NCBI GenBank assembly: GCA_030640025.1
Contig: DAOWKC010000002.1
Coordinates: 4,029-68,028 of the forward strand
Length of the DNA: 64,000 nt
Reading direction: 5' to 3'
Origin: Candidatus Woesearchaeota archaeon
Lineage (GTDB): Archaea; Nanobdellota; Nanobdellia; Woesearchaeales; JAGLXL01
The position numbers and the translations under genes are program-made. Shown here one piece after another: positions 10,074-19,622 of the stretch. Within the stretch, counting starts at the first letter, position 1. Every line of letters starts with the position of its first letter. The notes below the pieces were generated by a model. It was not told where the DNA came from. It searched no databases and saw only the letters and a program-made list of their open reading frames with translations.

Positions 10074-11229
10074 AGGCACACGGATGGAGCCCTTGACTTT
10101 AACTAGACCGAAAGTTCTTTTGAAAGTTGCTGGCAAGACGATGATTGAGCATAATCTAGAGCAGTTAGTTGGTTTGGTTAATGAAGTAATTATTGTTATT
10201 GGTTATAAGGGTGAGATGATTCGCCGGGAGATTGGTGATTCTTTTAAAGGTATTAAAGTTAAGTATGTTTGGCAACGAAATCAGAATGGTCCGGGCGGGG
10301 CGTTGATGTTGTGTGCTAAACAGTTGAAAGATAGATTTATTGTTTTAAATGGCGATGATTTTTATTCTAAAAAAGATATTAAAAAATGTTTGAAGTTTAA
10401 TTATTGTGTAATGGGAGCTAAGGTTAAATCACCAGAGAAATGGGGAATTTTTACTGTTCGAAATGGAAAAGTAGTTGATTTTATTGAAAAATCTCGGAGT
10501 GTTAAGTCAAGGTGGGCAAATGTGGGGATTTATGTTTTTGATACTAAGATTTTTAATTATAAGTTAAAAAAATCTAAAAGAAATGAATATGAAATAACTG
10601 ATTATGTTCTACATTTGATTAAGACTTCAGAAGTTAATTTTGAGAAAGTAAGTGGTTATTGGATGCCGATTGGCTATCCTTGGCATATTCTGGAAGCAAA
10701 TGAGTTTTTTTTGAAGAAAGTTAGAAGGAATGTTAAAGGCAAGATTGAGAAAGGTGCTCAAGTTAAGGGTGCGGTTGTTGTTGGCAAAGGAACTATTGTT
10801 CGAAGTGGTTCTTATATTGAAGGTCCAGCAGTGATTGGTTCTAATTGTAAAATTGGGCCGAACTGTTATATCCGTCCTTCAACGACTCTTGGTGATGATT
10901 GTAAGGTGGGCAATGCAGTTGAAGTTAAGAATTGTGTTTTGTTTGACGGAGTTTCTGTTGGGCATTTATCTTATATTGGTGATTCTGTGATTGGTTCTGG
11001 AGTTAATTTAGCTGGCGGGACAATTGTGGCTAATTTAAGGCATGACAATAAAAATGTCAAGATGATGATTCGGAAGAAATTAATTGATAGTGGTAGACGT
11101 AAATTAGGGACAATTATTGGTGATGGAGTTAAGACTGGAATTAATACCCAGATTTATCCTGGTAGGAAGTTGTGGCCTAAGGTTCAGACAGTGCCTAGTG
11201 AGATTGTGAAGAAGGACAAGGTTAAGTAA
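10045..11229 (+). CDS. glmU: Archaeal bifunctional sugar-1-phosphate nucleotidyltransferase/acetyltransferase
   Basis: ILAAGKGTRM...PK plus hexapeptide repeats (HLSYIGDS); in the glm operon. Confidence 0.9.
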   Translation: MQAVILAAGKGTRMEPLTLTRPKVLLKVAGKTMIEHNLEQLVGLVNEVIIVIGYKGEMIRREIGDSFKGIKVKYVWQRNQNGPGGALMLCAKQLKDRFIVLNGDDFYSKKDIKKCLKFNYCVMGAKVKSPEKWGIFTVRNGKVVDFIEKSRSVKSRWANVGIYVFDTKIFNYKLKKSKRNEYEITDYVLHLIKTSEVNFEKVSGYWMPIGYPWHILEANEFFLKKVRRNVKGKIEKGAQVKGAVVVGKGTIVRSGSYIEGPAVIGSNCKIGPNCYIRPSTTLGDDCKVGNAVEVKNCVLFDGVSVGHLSYIGDSVIGSGVNLAGGTIVANLRHDNKNVKMMIRKKLIDSGRRKLGTIIGDGVKTGINTQIYPGRKLWPKVQTVPSEIVKKDKVK

Positions 11230-11636
11230 AATTTTTAAAGCAATCAAGTTTTAAGTTGCTTGTTGAGATGAAATGACTCATACATATAATCCTTTACTAA
11301 AAGAAATTAAAAGAGCGATTGAAAAAGCTCAGGCAATTTATATAAGGGCTAAAGTTAAACACACATTCAATAAGCTTGCTTTTATGCAAAATCCAAGATT
11401 TTTTAGGTTGTTTATGGGCCAAGAATTGTTTGAAAGAGTTCAGAAAAAACGAAAAAAACTTTTGAATACATCTATTTCTGAAAGCGACAAAGAGTTGGCT
11501 GGTGCACGCTATTTCTTAGCAGAAGAATTAAGGAGTTTTGCTACAAAGTTAGAATTGGAGGCACAAGTTCTAGAAAAGAAAAAATGAAAACTAAATCCGA
11601 TTCTATCTTTTGTGAAGAAAGATAAAGTTAAGTAAA
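11204..11636 (+). repeat. 27-bp imperfect direct repeat (11204-11230 and 11610-11636) of the glmU 3' end
   Basis: ttgtgaagaaggacaaggttaagtaaa vs ttgtgaagaaagataaagttaagtaaa. Confidence 0.8.
11273..11587 (+). CDS. Hypothetical protein
   Basis: 104-aa ORF with TATA upstream; flanked by a duplicated glmU 3' end. Confidence 0.55.
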   Translation: MTHTYNPLLKEIKRAIEKAQAIYIRAKVKHTFNKLAFMQNPRFFRLFMGQELFERVQKKRKKLLNTSISESDKELAGARYFLAEELRSFATKLELEAQVLEKKK

Positions 11637-11670
11637 GTCAGTGAAAACAAGTTGCTCAAAATCAAGATTT

Positions 11671-11715
11671 TGGCACCAACTATGTTGGTTTCTGGGGTTT
11701 GTTAGCACAAACCTT
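11671..11715. repeat. Dispersed hairpin repeat, copy 1
   Basis: tggcaccaactatgttggtttctggggtttgttagcacaaacctt, close match to 26716-26763. Confidence 0.8.
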
Positions 11716-11816
11716 TTTAAATACTAATTGTTTCTTTTTATTTGAAAAATGAGGTTGAAAGTAAAGGATACAAAGAAACAAAGTTTCTTGTATCTTTCAC
11801 ACCGAGGTGGATGTAA

Positions 11817-13286
11817 ATGAGACTTCGTGTGAAAGATATGGACATAGCATCTGGTGGGATTCTAGTTGCAGTTGTTAATCAAAAGGATGCTGAAAAATTA
11901 GATTTACATCATGATGATCGTATTCGGTTAAAGAAAGGAAAAAGGCAATTAACTGCCAACATCAATATTTCTGAAAGTGAAAAAGCAGTGCCTGAAGGAA
12001 AGGTGGGTTTGTTTGAAGAAGTTTTGGATAAGTTAAAGGTAGAACATGATGATACAATTGACGTTGATTTAACTGCCAAACCAAAATCAGTTTCGTATAT
12101 TCGAGATAAATTACATGGTAAGGAGTTGGGTTATAAGGAATTATACCGGATTGTAGATGATATTGTTCATGATCGCTTGACAGCAATTGAAAAAACTTAT
12201 TTTGTAGCTGCTGGATTTGCAGAAGGTTTTACCATCAAAGAAATTGTTTCTTTAACCAAGGCGATGGTAGATACTGGAATCAAATTAAATTTTAGAAGCA
12301 AGGCTTATGACAAGCATTCGATTGGTGGAGTAGCTGGTAATAGGACGACGATGTTAGTTGTGCCAATATGTGCAGCTGCTGGTTTGAAATTTCCAAAAAC
12401 ATCTTCCAGGTCAATAACTTCTCCGGCTGGAACAGCTGATACAATGGAGACTCTCTGTAAAGTCAGCTTGAATGCAAAAAGAATGAAAGAAGTTATTCAT
12501 AAAACTGGAGCTTGTATTATTTGGGGAGGAGCAATTAATCTAGCGCCAGCTGATGACAAAATTATTCATGTGGAATCACCATTATCTATTGATGCTGAAG
12601 GGCAATTATTGGCTTCGGTCATGGCCAAAAAAGCTTCGGTTGGTGCTGATCGGGTTTTGATTGATATTCCTAAAGGCAAATCAGCTAAGGTAAAGACACA
12701 GCAAAATGCGGTTCATCTAAAGGAGATGTTTGAATTGTTGGGTAAGGAAATGGATATGGAAGTTGAAGTGATTATTACAGATGGCAACCAGCCGATTGGA
12801 AAGGGCATTGGACCTTTTTTAGAGGCTCGTGATGTGATGTGGATTTTAGAGAATGATAAACAAGGACCAGCTGATTTAAAGGATAAATCTTTGATGATGT
12901 CGGGAATACTTTTGGGAATGGCTGGTCATAAGAATGGTTATGTAATGGCTAAGAAGATTTTAGAAAGCGGGAAAGCGCTGAAGAAGATGAAAGAAATTAT
13001 TAAAGCACAAGGTGCAGTTAAGAAAAAATGTGTTTTATGCAAACTACATCATGATGTTAAAGCTCGTAAAAGTGGTTTAATTAATGAGATTAATAATGGA
13101 GCAATTTCTAAAGTGGCTAGAATTGCTGGGGCACCAAGTGACAAAGAAGCTGGTGTTTATCTGCATAAGAAAGCTGGGCAACGGGTTAAGAAAGGAGATG
13201 TTCTGTATACAATTTATTCTAAGAGCAAGTTTAAGTTGGGAATGGCTAAGAAGCTGGATAAAGAGATGAAGCCTTATTCTATTTGA
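11817..13286 (+). CDS. AMP phosphorylase (thymidine phosphorylase family)
   Basis: N-terminal double-psi-barrel-like extension, DKHSIGGVAGNRTT, PKTSSRSITSPAGTAD. Confidence 0.9.
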   Translation: MRLRVKDMDIASGGILVAVVNQKDAEKLDLHHDDRIRLKKGKRQLTANINISESEKAVPEGKVGLFEEVLDKLKVEHDDTIDVDLTAKPKSVSYIRDKLHGKELGYKELYRIVDDIVHDRLTAIEKTYFVAAGFAEGFTIKEIVSLTKAMVDTGIKLNFRSKAYDKHSIGGVAGNRTTMLVVPICAAAGLKFPKTSSRSITSPAGTADTMETLCKVSLNAKRMKEVIHKTGACIIWGGAINLAPADDKIIHVESPLSIDAEGQLLASVMAKKASVGADRVLIDIPKGKSAKVKTQQNAVHLKEMFELLGKEMDMEVEVIITDGNQPIGKGIGPFLEARDVMWILENDKQGPADLKDKSLMMSGILLGMAGHKNGYVMAKKILESGKALKKMKEIIKAQGAVKKKCVLCKLHHDVKARKSGLINEINNGAISKVARIAGAPSDKEAGVYLHKKAGQRVKKGDVLYTIYSKSKFKLGMAKKLDKEMKPYSI

Positions 13287-14592
13287 TTTTTTTGACAATG
13301 CCTTTTTCTGCATCGACTTCAATTAAATCTCCATCTTTGAAGATTCTTGAAGCAATTTTAGTTCCGATGATGCAAGGTTTTTGCATTTCCCTGGCAATGA
13401 TAGCGGCATGGCAAGTGATGCCACCTTCATCTGTAACAAAAGCAGCGGCTCTGTCCAGGGCAACAGTCATTTCAGGGGTGGTCATAGAGGTGACGAGGAC
13501 TGAGCCGGGTTTGACTTTATTTAAATCTTCAATTTGTTTGACTAAAACAACTGGACCTTGAACTTTGCCGATAAAAGCTGCTCGGCCTTGGACTTGGTTG
13601 ATAGCGGTGTCTACTTGAAGATATTTTTCAATCATTTCTTGATTTTCTTTGCCAATGAGAACTTTTGGTTGATTTCCGAGGGCAGTGTAAATAGCATGTC
13701 CTTTTTTTCTTTTCTCGATAATGTCTGGACGGGGAAAGTCTTGGTTAATAATTTCTTGATAAGTGCAATAAAGGAAATCATCGTAAGTAAAGCCGTGTTG
13801 ATGGGCTTCTTGAGCAATTAAATTCCAAGCTAAGAAAATGGCTTGGTTAAGGATATCTGTTCTTTGAGTTCGGTAATAGATAAAGAATTGCATCAAGTCG
13901 ATTAAAAAAGCATTTTCTTGGAGTAATTGTTTTGCTTCTTCGGTAGCTTTTTTGATTTTTTGTTTTTCTTCGTGATATTCTTTTAAGTAGTTTTTTTTGA
14001 TTAATTCTTTTTTGAATTCTTCTGCGTCTTTAAGAGTATATTCAACAACTTGGCCGTATCTTGATTTAATCCAAGCAAATTCTTTAAGATGCGTTTGGAG
14101 GTCGTCTTTTAATAGGTTTAGTTTTTCTAGTTTGTAAAAATTGTCTTCTAGAGGAATGGCCAACTCTTCCATAATTTTGTTGACATTTTCCTTGGAAGTT
14201 TTTTGGGCTAAAAGAGAACGGATTTTTTCTTCTATTAAATCGTCAATGATGAAATAAATCACGATGGTGATAACGTGTTTTTTATAAGCAGAGCAAAAAG
14301 TATGGAAATCAGTTTTAACTGCTTGGATCAAAAGTTTCTCGTTTTTCAAAGATTCAGCTTTAAGTTTTTCAAAGGCTGCTTGGTTGTTAAAAAGATGTTG
14401 AGCTAGTTTCTGAGCAAAATCTTTCATATGAGATTCTGGGTAAAACCAGCAATGGTCTACTTTGAGAGCGCCGTCCATGGTGTATTCGAAGTCCAAATAA
14501 GGAAGCCAAAGTTTCTTATCTAACCAAGCCTCATGCATTAAAGAAGAAAAAAGAGGCGGATAAGGCCTCCTAACAGTTTTTATCCACTTCAT
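13279..14592 (-). CDS. PEP-utilizing phosphohistidine (mobile) domain protein
   Basis: C-terminal VLVTSMTTPE...TDEGGITCHAAIIARE; helical N-terminus. Confidence 0.85.
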   Translation of the reverse strand: MKWIKTVRRPYPPLFSSLMHEAWLDKKLWLPYLDFEYTMDGALKVDHCWFYPESHMKDFAQKLAQHLFNNQAAFEKLKAESLKNEKLLIQAVKTDFHTFCSAYKKHVITIVIYFIIDDLIEEKIRSLLAQKTSKENVNKIMEELAIPLEDNFYKLEKLNLLKDDLQTHLKEFAWIKSRYGQVVEYTLKDAEEFKKELIKKNYLKEYHEEKQKIKKATEEAKQLLQENAFLIDLMQFFIYYRTQRTDILNQAIFLAWNLIAQEAHQHGFTYDDFLYCTYQEIINQDFPRPDIIEKRKKGHAIYTALGNQPKVLIGKENQEMIEKYLQVDTAINQVQGRAAFIGKVQGPVVLVKQIEDLNKVKPGSVLVTSMTTPEMTVALDRAAAFVTDEGGITCHAAIIAREMQKPCIIGTKIASRIFKDGDLIEVDAEKGIVKKIK

Positions 14593-14594
14593 TT

Positions 14595-15314
14595 TTAAGC
14601 CTCGGCTTTTTGTTCTCCAGTTGGTTTATTGTCTTTTTGAAGAGTGTCATCAGCAACTTGATGGTAATTGTTGATGATATGGTAGCCGTCTTTTGGACCT
14701 AGTTCCTTGGCTTTTCTGTCAATAAAGTAGACTTTTCCAGCACCTGCCTCAACAGCTGCCTGGGCTTCTTTGACATCATCTGTGACGTAAACCATGTTAG
14801 AGGCATCAATGTTTTCTTGTTGAGCAATTTCTTTGTAAGCCTTAGTTTTGAATTTACTGCCGATTTCTGGTTGAGATGAAGAATAGTAATTATCAACTAA
14901 GCGGTCTAAACCATTGCTTTCCATTCCTAATTTAGTTGTTTCAACAGCGCCGCTTGAATAAATAGCAATTTTACCACCAGAATCATGGATTCTTTCTAAA
15001 GCGCCCTCAACATCATCTTCTAAGGACATGGCAAATTCGCCAGTTCGATAAGCAATTTGAGCGCCAATATCCCAGACCTTAAGGTATTCTTTAAATTCAG
15101 GATGATCTTTTTGGCCTTTTTTGTTTCTTTCTAGGCCTTTGTTGATAACATCTTCAATATTTTCTTGGCCGGTTTTTTGACTGATTTGTTCTTGAACTTG
15201 TTTGTTAGCTAAAATATAATCAGTGACTTTGGTGATTTCACTTTTAGGGGTAGTTGTGCCCATAACGTCTGTTAAGTATAATTCATAAACAGCTTGTTCT
15301 TGGATTGGATTCAT
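14595..15314 (-). CDS. HAD hydrolase, MtnC/enolase-phosphatase E1-like
   Basis: DVMGTTTP, IYSSGAV, YVTDD resemble MtnC DIEGTTTP/IYSSGSV/FLSD. Confidence 0.65.
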   Translation of the reverse strand: MNPIQEQAVYELYLTDVMGTTTPKSEITKVTDYILANKQVQEQISQKTGQENIEDVINKGLERNKKGQKDHPEFKEYLKVWDIGAQIAYRTGEFAMSLEDDVEGALERIHDSGGKIAIYSSGAVETTKLGMESNGLDRLVDNYYSSSQPEIGSKFKTKAYKEIAQQENIDASNMVYVTDDVKEAQAAVEAGAGKVYFIDRKAKELGPKDGYHIINNYHQVADDTLQKDNKPTGEQKAEA

Positions 15315-15402
15315 TTTGATTCTCCGCCTCTTTTGAGCCTGAGGTATTGGCTTTAATCACGATATAGTAGTAATAGATGAAAGAGTATTTAAATATTTGT
15401 TC

Positions 15403-15488
15403 TCCATTAATGGATACTAACTTTGCTGTATTTTAGCTTAAAATTTTATTTTTTAGATAAAATTTAAATATAATACTCCATTAGTGGA
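15403..15488. promoter_or_regulatory. Two palindromic operators, TCCATTA(A/G)TGGA
   Basis: 15403-15414 and 15477-15488, next to the divergent TATA boxes. Confidence 0.7.
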
Positions 15489-15493
15489 TTATA

Positions 15494-16222
15494 ATGGACA
15501 CATCTGTCTTAGAGGAATTGGGCTTTACAAATGCTGAAATTAAAGTTTATTTAGCTTTGCTGGAATTAGGCAGTTCGACTGCCGGGCCAGTGATTGAGAA
15601 GACTGGTTTGCAGAATTCTGTAGTACATATGACCTTACATAAATTAGTTGAAAAGGGTTTTGTTTCTTTTGTGAAAAAGGGAAAAGTTCGCCATTATCAG
15701 GCTGCTGATCCAAGAAATATAATCAGATTTATTGAAGAAAAAAGGGAAAGATATGAAAAATTGCTGCCAGAATTGCTGGTGAGGCAGAAAAAACAAGAAA
15801 AACAAGAAGCAGAAATCTTTGAAGGTTTTAAAGGTTTTAAAACAATGCAGTATGAAGCAGTGAGAGATGCTAAGCCAGGAGATGAATATTTGTTTTTTTC
15901 TTTTAAGACTAAAAATCCAAAAGATTTTGCTTATGTTTACAAGTTCTATCAAGATTTTGAAAAATACAGAAGGAGGAGAGGGATAGTTGTCAGAGGCATA
16001 ATTTCTCCAGATCCTGATATTTTGGAAATGCTAAAGGGAAGAGATCCTCGAGGTTTATTAGTAGTTGATATTCCTACGCCACAAAATGTTTCGGTGATTA
16101 ATGATAAAGTGTTGATGACACCTTGGGAAGAAAAGAAAATTTCTTTTTTGATACATTCTCGTCAATTAGCAGAAACTTTTAGAACATATTTTTATTCTAT
16201 TTGGGATAAGTATAAGAAGTGA
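15494..16222 (+). CDS. TrmB-family transcription regulator
   Basis: LEELGFTNAEIKVYLALLELG wHTH plus a TrmB effector-like C-terminus. Confidence 0.9.
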   Translation: MDTSVLEELGFTNAEIKVYLALLELGSSTAGPVIEKTGLQNSVVHMTLHKLVEKGFVSFVKKGKVRHYQAADPRNIIRFIEEKRERYEKLLPELLVRQKKQEKQEAEIFEGFKGFKTMQYEAVRDAKPGDEYLFFSFKTKNPKDFAYVYKFYQDFEKYRRRRGIVVRGIISPDPDILEMLKGRDPRGLLVVDIPTPQNVSVINDKVLMTPWEEKKISFLIHSRQLAETFRTYFYSIWDKYKK

Positions 16223-16957
16223 TTACTTTAGAACTTTTCTGGTGATGATTATAAATCCTGTATGTCCAAGCATTTGAAAGTCTGGTCTGACTATTTTGTT
16301 ATTAATGATCCAGTTTCGTTGGATGTTTTCTAGGGTTTTGAGGTAGAAAAGTTTTTTTGAAGATTTAATTTGTTCTACGAATTGAGTGACTTGGGTGATG
16401 GTTGGTAAGTAAGTTATTAGGAAAGCTCCTGGTTTTAATGATTTTTCTGCGTGTTTGATGACATGCCATGGTTCTGGTAAATCTAGAGTGATAAGGTCAA
16501 GATTTTTTTCAGTGATGCCCTTGGTGATATCTTTGTTTTTGATTGTCAGATTTTTTAATTCGAAAAGTTTTTGGTTTTCTTTGATGATTTTGATGAAATC
16601 TTTTCTGATTTCATAGCAATAAACTTTTTTGGCTATGTTGGCTAGGAAGCATGAGAGGGAGCCGGAGCCACCACCGGCGTCTAGGACGACTGAGTTTTTG
16701 TTGATGCCAGTTTCAGTGATGATAGTGCCAATGTCTTTGGGTGTGATGATTTGCGGACCACGCTTTATTTTTTTGAATTTGTCTGTGAAAGAGGGTTCTA
16801 AGATATACATCTCTGTTTTTTTATTGGTTTTGATGATGGTGTTTGATTTTTTTAAATCTGATTTTTTGATAAAGCCGAATTTAGTGTGATAGTCCTGGTC
16901 TAAGTTTTTGACAAAGAATTCTTGGCCAGTTTTGGTTAAAAGTATTTTTTGGATCAT
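16223..16957 (-). CDS. trmI: tRNA (adenine-N1) methyltransferase
   Basis: PQIITPKD, LDAGGGSG, LDLPEPW, GHTGF. Confidence 0.9.
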   Translation of the reverse strand: MIQKILLTKTGQEFFVKNLDQDYHTKFGFIKKSDLKKSNTIIKTNKKTEMYILEPSFTDKFKKIKRGPQIITPKDIGTIITETGINKNSVVLDAGGGSGSLSCFLANIAKKVYCYEIRKDFIKIIKENQKLFELKNLTIKNKDITKGITEKNLDLITLDLPEPWHVIKHAEKSLKPGAFLITYLPTITQVTQFVEQIKSSKKLFYLKTLENIQRNWIINNKIVRPDFQMLGHTGFIIITRKVLK

Positions 16958-17739
16958 TTTTCAATCAGTCTGATTATGGGTTTGTAGACGATAACGACAG
17001 CAATAACTGAAATTAAATAAGATAAAATCGTTCCCATAATTAAACCTAACGGTGGATAAAGGAAGTAAACTAAAATCCCATATAAAACTATGCCTAAAGT
17101 GCCGATAGGCATGGTTTTGCCAACAGCACTGGAAAAATCTGCTTTGTGCAGGATTGATAAGGTGATGAAGGTTGATAAAAAGATAGCTGGGAAAACAGAG
17201 AAAACTCCTCCCCACAAAGGCCCTAAGATTTTGCTTAAGAGGACAGATAATAAGACAACAAAACCAGTTAAAATTATTTTTAGACTAAGACTAAAGTAAG
17301 AAAACTTAAATGTTATTTTCTTTGATTTAATGTTTCTTAAGAAGAATAAAACCAAAATCCAAACAAATACAAAGATGATGCTGAATAGAAACATATAACT
17401 AACATTATAGATGGCTAAGGGCAAAGCTAGGATAAACCAAACTGCTAAGGAAATAATAGGAGCCAAAATTCTATTAAATTTAAGTAACTGCGCGTAGATT
17501 AAAACAAAGATAATGCTGACGATTTCGATGACCGGGACTATGGTTGAGGCTTCAACTGAAGCGTTAATTCCCTGACTCCAGCCGATGAAAAAAAGGCTGA
17601 TGACAATAGTTGAAGGTAAGCCCGTGATTAAGCCACCAATTTTAGAACCAAATTTTTCAGCAATAGTTGTGGAAAGAGCTACGTATAAGCCACCGACTAT
17701 AAAGGATAGAATTAATTTGAAGATGAATGGGTCTATCAT
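16954..17739 (-). CDS. Multi-pass membrane protein (DUF3147-like)
   Basis: Duplicated GGLITGLP / GGVFSVFP motif; start set at ATG 17739 because the longer ORF overlaps a tRNA. Confidence 0.75.
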   Translation of the reverse strand: MIDPFIFKLILSFIVGGLYVALSTTIAEKFGSKIGGLITGLPSTIVISLFFIGWSQGINASVEASTIVPVIEIVSIIFVLIYAQLLKFNRILAPIISLAVWFILALPLAIYNVSYMFLFSIIFVFVWILVLFFLRNIKSKKITFKFSYFSLSLKIILTGFVVLLSVLLSKILGPLWGGVFSVFPAIFLSTFITLSILHKADFSSAVGKTMPIGTLGIVLYGILVYFLYPPLGLIMGTILSYLISVIAVVIVYKPIIRLIEK

Positions 17740-17752
17740 TTTTGGGAAAAAA

Positions 17753-17867
17753 AGCACGGGATGGGATTCGAACCCATGAATAACCGGGATCTGCATATCA
17801 CAGCCCAAAAGCTCAACATCCCAGATTGATTGCAGCCGGTCCCTTTAGACCACTTAGGCACCCGTGC
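17753..17867 (-). tRNA. tRNA-Cys(GCA) with a 41-nt intron at 37/38 (17789-17829)
   Basis: ACCGG-CTGCAA|intron|C-CCGGT; BHB central helix CTGC/GCAG. Confidence 0.9.
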
Positions 17868-17875
17868 TTGAAAAA

Positions 17876-18013
17876 CGGACCCGAGGGGACTGTCAAGCTG
17901 GCGCTTTCGGTCGTTGTCGACCTTGTCGCCAACTATTTGAACCCCCGATCTACAGCTTAGAAGGCTTTAGCGGGATTTTTCCTGTCGCCTTATCCAGACT
18001 AGGCTACGGGTCC
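17876..18013 (-). tRNA. tRNA-Arg(TCT) with two non-canonical introns
   Basis: Removing 17 nt (about 17967-17983, anticodon stem) and 46 nt (17890-17935, T-loop 59/60) restores the cloverleaf. Confidence 0.85.
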
Positions 18014-18057
18014 TTAACGAGAAAAAATTAGAATGCAGTTTAAATATGTTTCGGGAA

Positions 18058-19137
18058 TTAAGGCAGCCAAGTCTTTTGATTCTTTAGTTTTTGGGGGAGA
18101 TATTTTTCAATAACATAATTTAATCCCCATTTTGCCAAGGCTTGTTGTTCTGCACGGACTTTCATTCCTACTAACTGCTTTATTGCTCTCTGCCATTCTT
18201 TATGGTACTGTACAAAAGGATCGTTTTTAACTGCATCTTTTGCCCTTTTTATATCAACATCCTTTAAAGTATGGGTTGGGAGCTTATAATCAACAATGTC
18301 TTGAGGCGTTATACCTATAAATTTAGCTCTTGGAACACAAAAATATTGATTAATATGGGCTGCCCTCCCTGAACCAACTTTTAAAGTCCTGTAGATATTA
18401 AAATATCCATATGGATCACCGTCAGTAAAAACATAAACAGGTAATTTCTTAGCATCTGATAATCTTCTAATAAACCTTCTTAATGCTCTTGTTGGAACTC
18501 CACCCATGGAAACTAAAATGCAATTAGCTTTTTTCCAGTATTTGTGTTTGACTAATCTTTGAAACATACCAGCTGTTTCAATAGCTAAGATAAATTTAGC
18601 ATTGGTTTCAAATTTAAGGTGTTCAACTGAACTGGGAATAGAATAAGCGCCAGAGCCGAATTTGGTACAATCAATCCTGATTTCTTTTTTGGTGTCCGGA
18701 TCCTGATCAATCACAATTAATTTCCCGGCAACCTCACCGCCTTTCTCTTCAGGAATAAAGCCTAATTGTTCCCGGTTGACCATCATCATCCCTTCTACAT
18801 CATCCATGATGCCATCCGATTCCGGCTGTTCCTTAAACCGAGCCTCTCCCCAGTTCTTACTTACATAATAAGCTTCTCTCTTGGTAGCCATGTCATCTTT
18901 TTCAATTAAGTCCTTAGATAAAGCCATCATTTTCAGAGTCTGGGCAAAAGTCTTCACCATAGAAGCAGTTAAAGCCCGAACCTTCATCTTTCCAAGTAAT
19001 TCAAAATAGCCGTCTTTAGGATCATATTTGACATTGCTCAGGCTTCTAAGAGGCATCTTAAGTTCAGGCTGTTTTTTCTTTAGGATAGTCTTGTAGACTT
19101 TTTCTCCAATTTCCTTGATTTTTTTTCCGACATTCAT
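18058..19137 (-). CDS. top6A: DNA topoisomerase VI subunit A
   Basis: TKREAYY, AIETAGMF, TDGDPYG. Confidence 0.95.
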   Translation of the reverse strand: MNVGKKIKEIGEKVYKTILKKKQPELKMPLRSLSNVKYDPKDGYFELLGKMKVRALTASMVKTFAQTLKMMALSKDLIEKDDMATKREAYYVSKNWGEARFKEQPESDGIMDDVEGMMMVNREQLGFIPEEKGGEVAGKLIVIDQDPDTKKEIRIDCTKFGSGAYSIPSSVEHLKFETNAKFILAIETAGMFQRLVKHKYWKKANCILVSMGGVPTRALRRFIRRLSDAKKLPVYVFTDGDPYGYFNIYRTLKVGSGRAAHINQYFCVPRAKFIGITPQDIVDYKLPTHTLKDVDIKRAKDAVKNDPFVQYHKEWQRAIKQLVGMKVRAEQQALAKWGLNYVIEKYLPQKLKNQKTWLP

Positions 19138-19622
19138 ATTCTCATTCTCAGGGTTTTATGATATTCTTTAAACCCGTATTTTTGATAAAACTTTAATGCA
19201 CGGTCATTATTGTGATTTAATTGAAGTTCTAAAAATTTAATTTTTTGTTTTTTGTAAAATTTCTTAACTTCTTCCATAAATTTTTTGCCAATACCTTGTT
19301 TCCTATATTTTTCATCGACATAAATGTCACTGATATAAACATATTTTTCTATTTTGTAGATTGGAATATTTCTTTTAATCAAAGATAAACAATAACCAAT
19401 TGGTTTTTCTCCATAATAAGCGATTAATGCCAAATTTTTTTTATTTTTAATGATGGAAAGGGCATGTTTTTTCCAAATTGAACTGGAATTTTTCTTTTTT
19501 TGATTATAAAACCGATCATCTTTGGTGTAAAGATTTTTTGAGTGGTGGCTAACCAATTCATCGCCTAATTTATCAATAATTGGAATTTCATTATCCTTTG
19601 CTTTTCTGATTATAATTCTCAT
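19134..19622 (-). CDS. GNAT acetyltransferase
   Basis: [25 protein letters not shown]. Confidence 0.9.
   Translation of the reverse strand: MRIIIRKAKDNEIPIIDKLGDELVSHHSKNLYTKDDRFYNQKKKNSSSIWKKHALSIIKNKKNLALIAYYGEKPIGYCLSLIKRNIPIYKIEKYVYISDIYVDEKYRKQGIGKKFMEEVKKFYKKQKIKFLELQLNHNNDRALKFYQKYGFKEYHKTLRMRI

Noticed and set aside
17740-17808. N-terminal extension of ORF 16954..17808
   Set aside because: Overlaps tRNA-Cys; the real start is probably 17739
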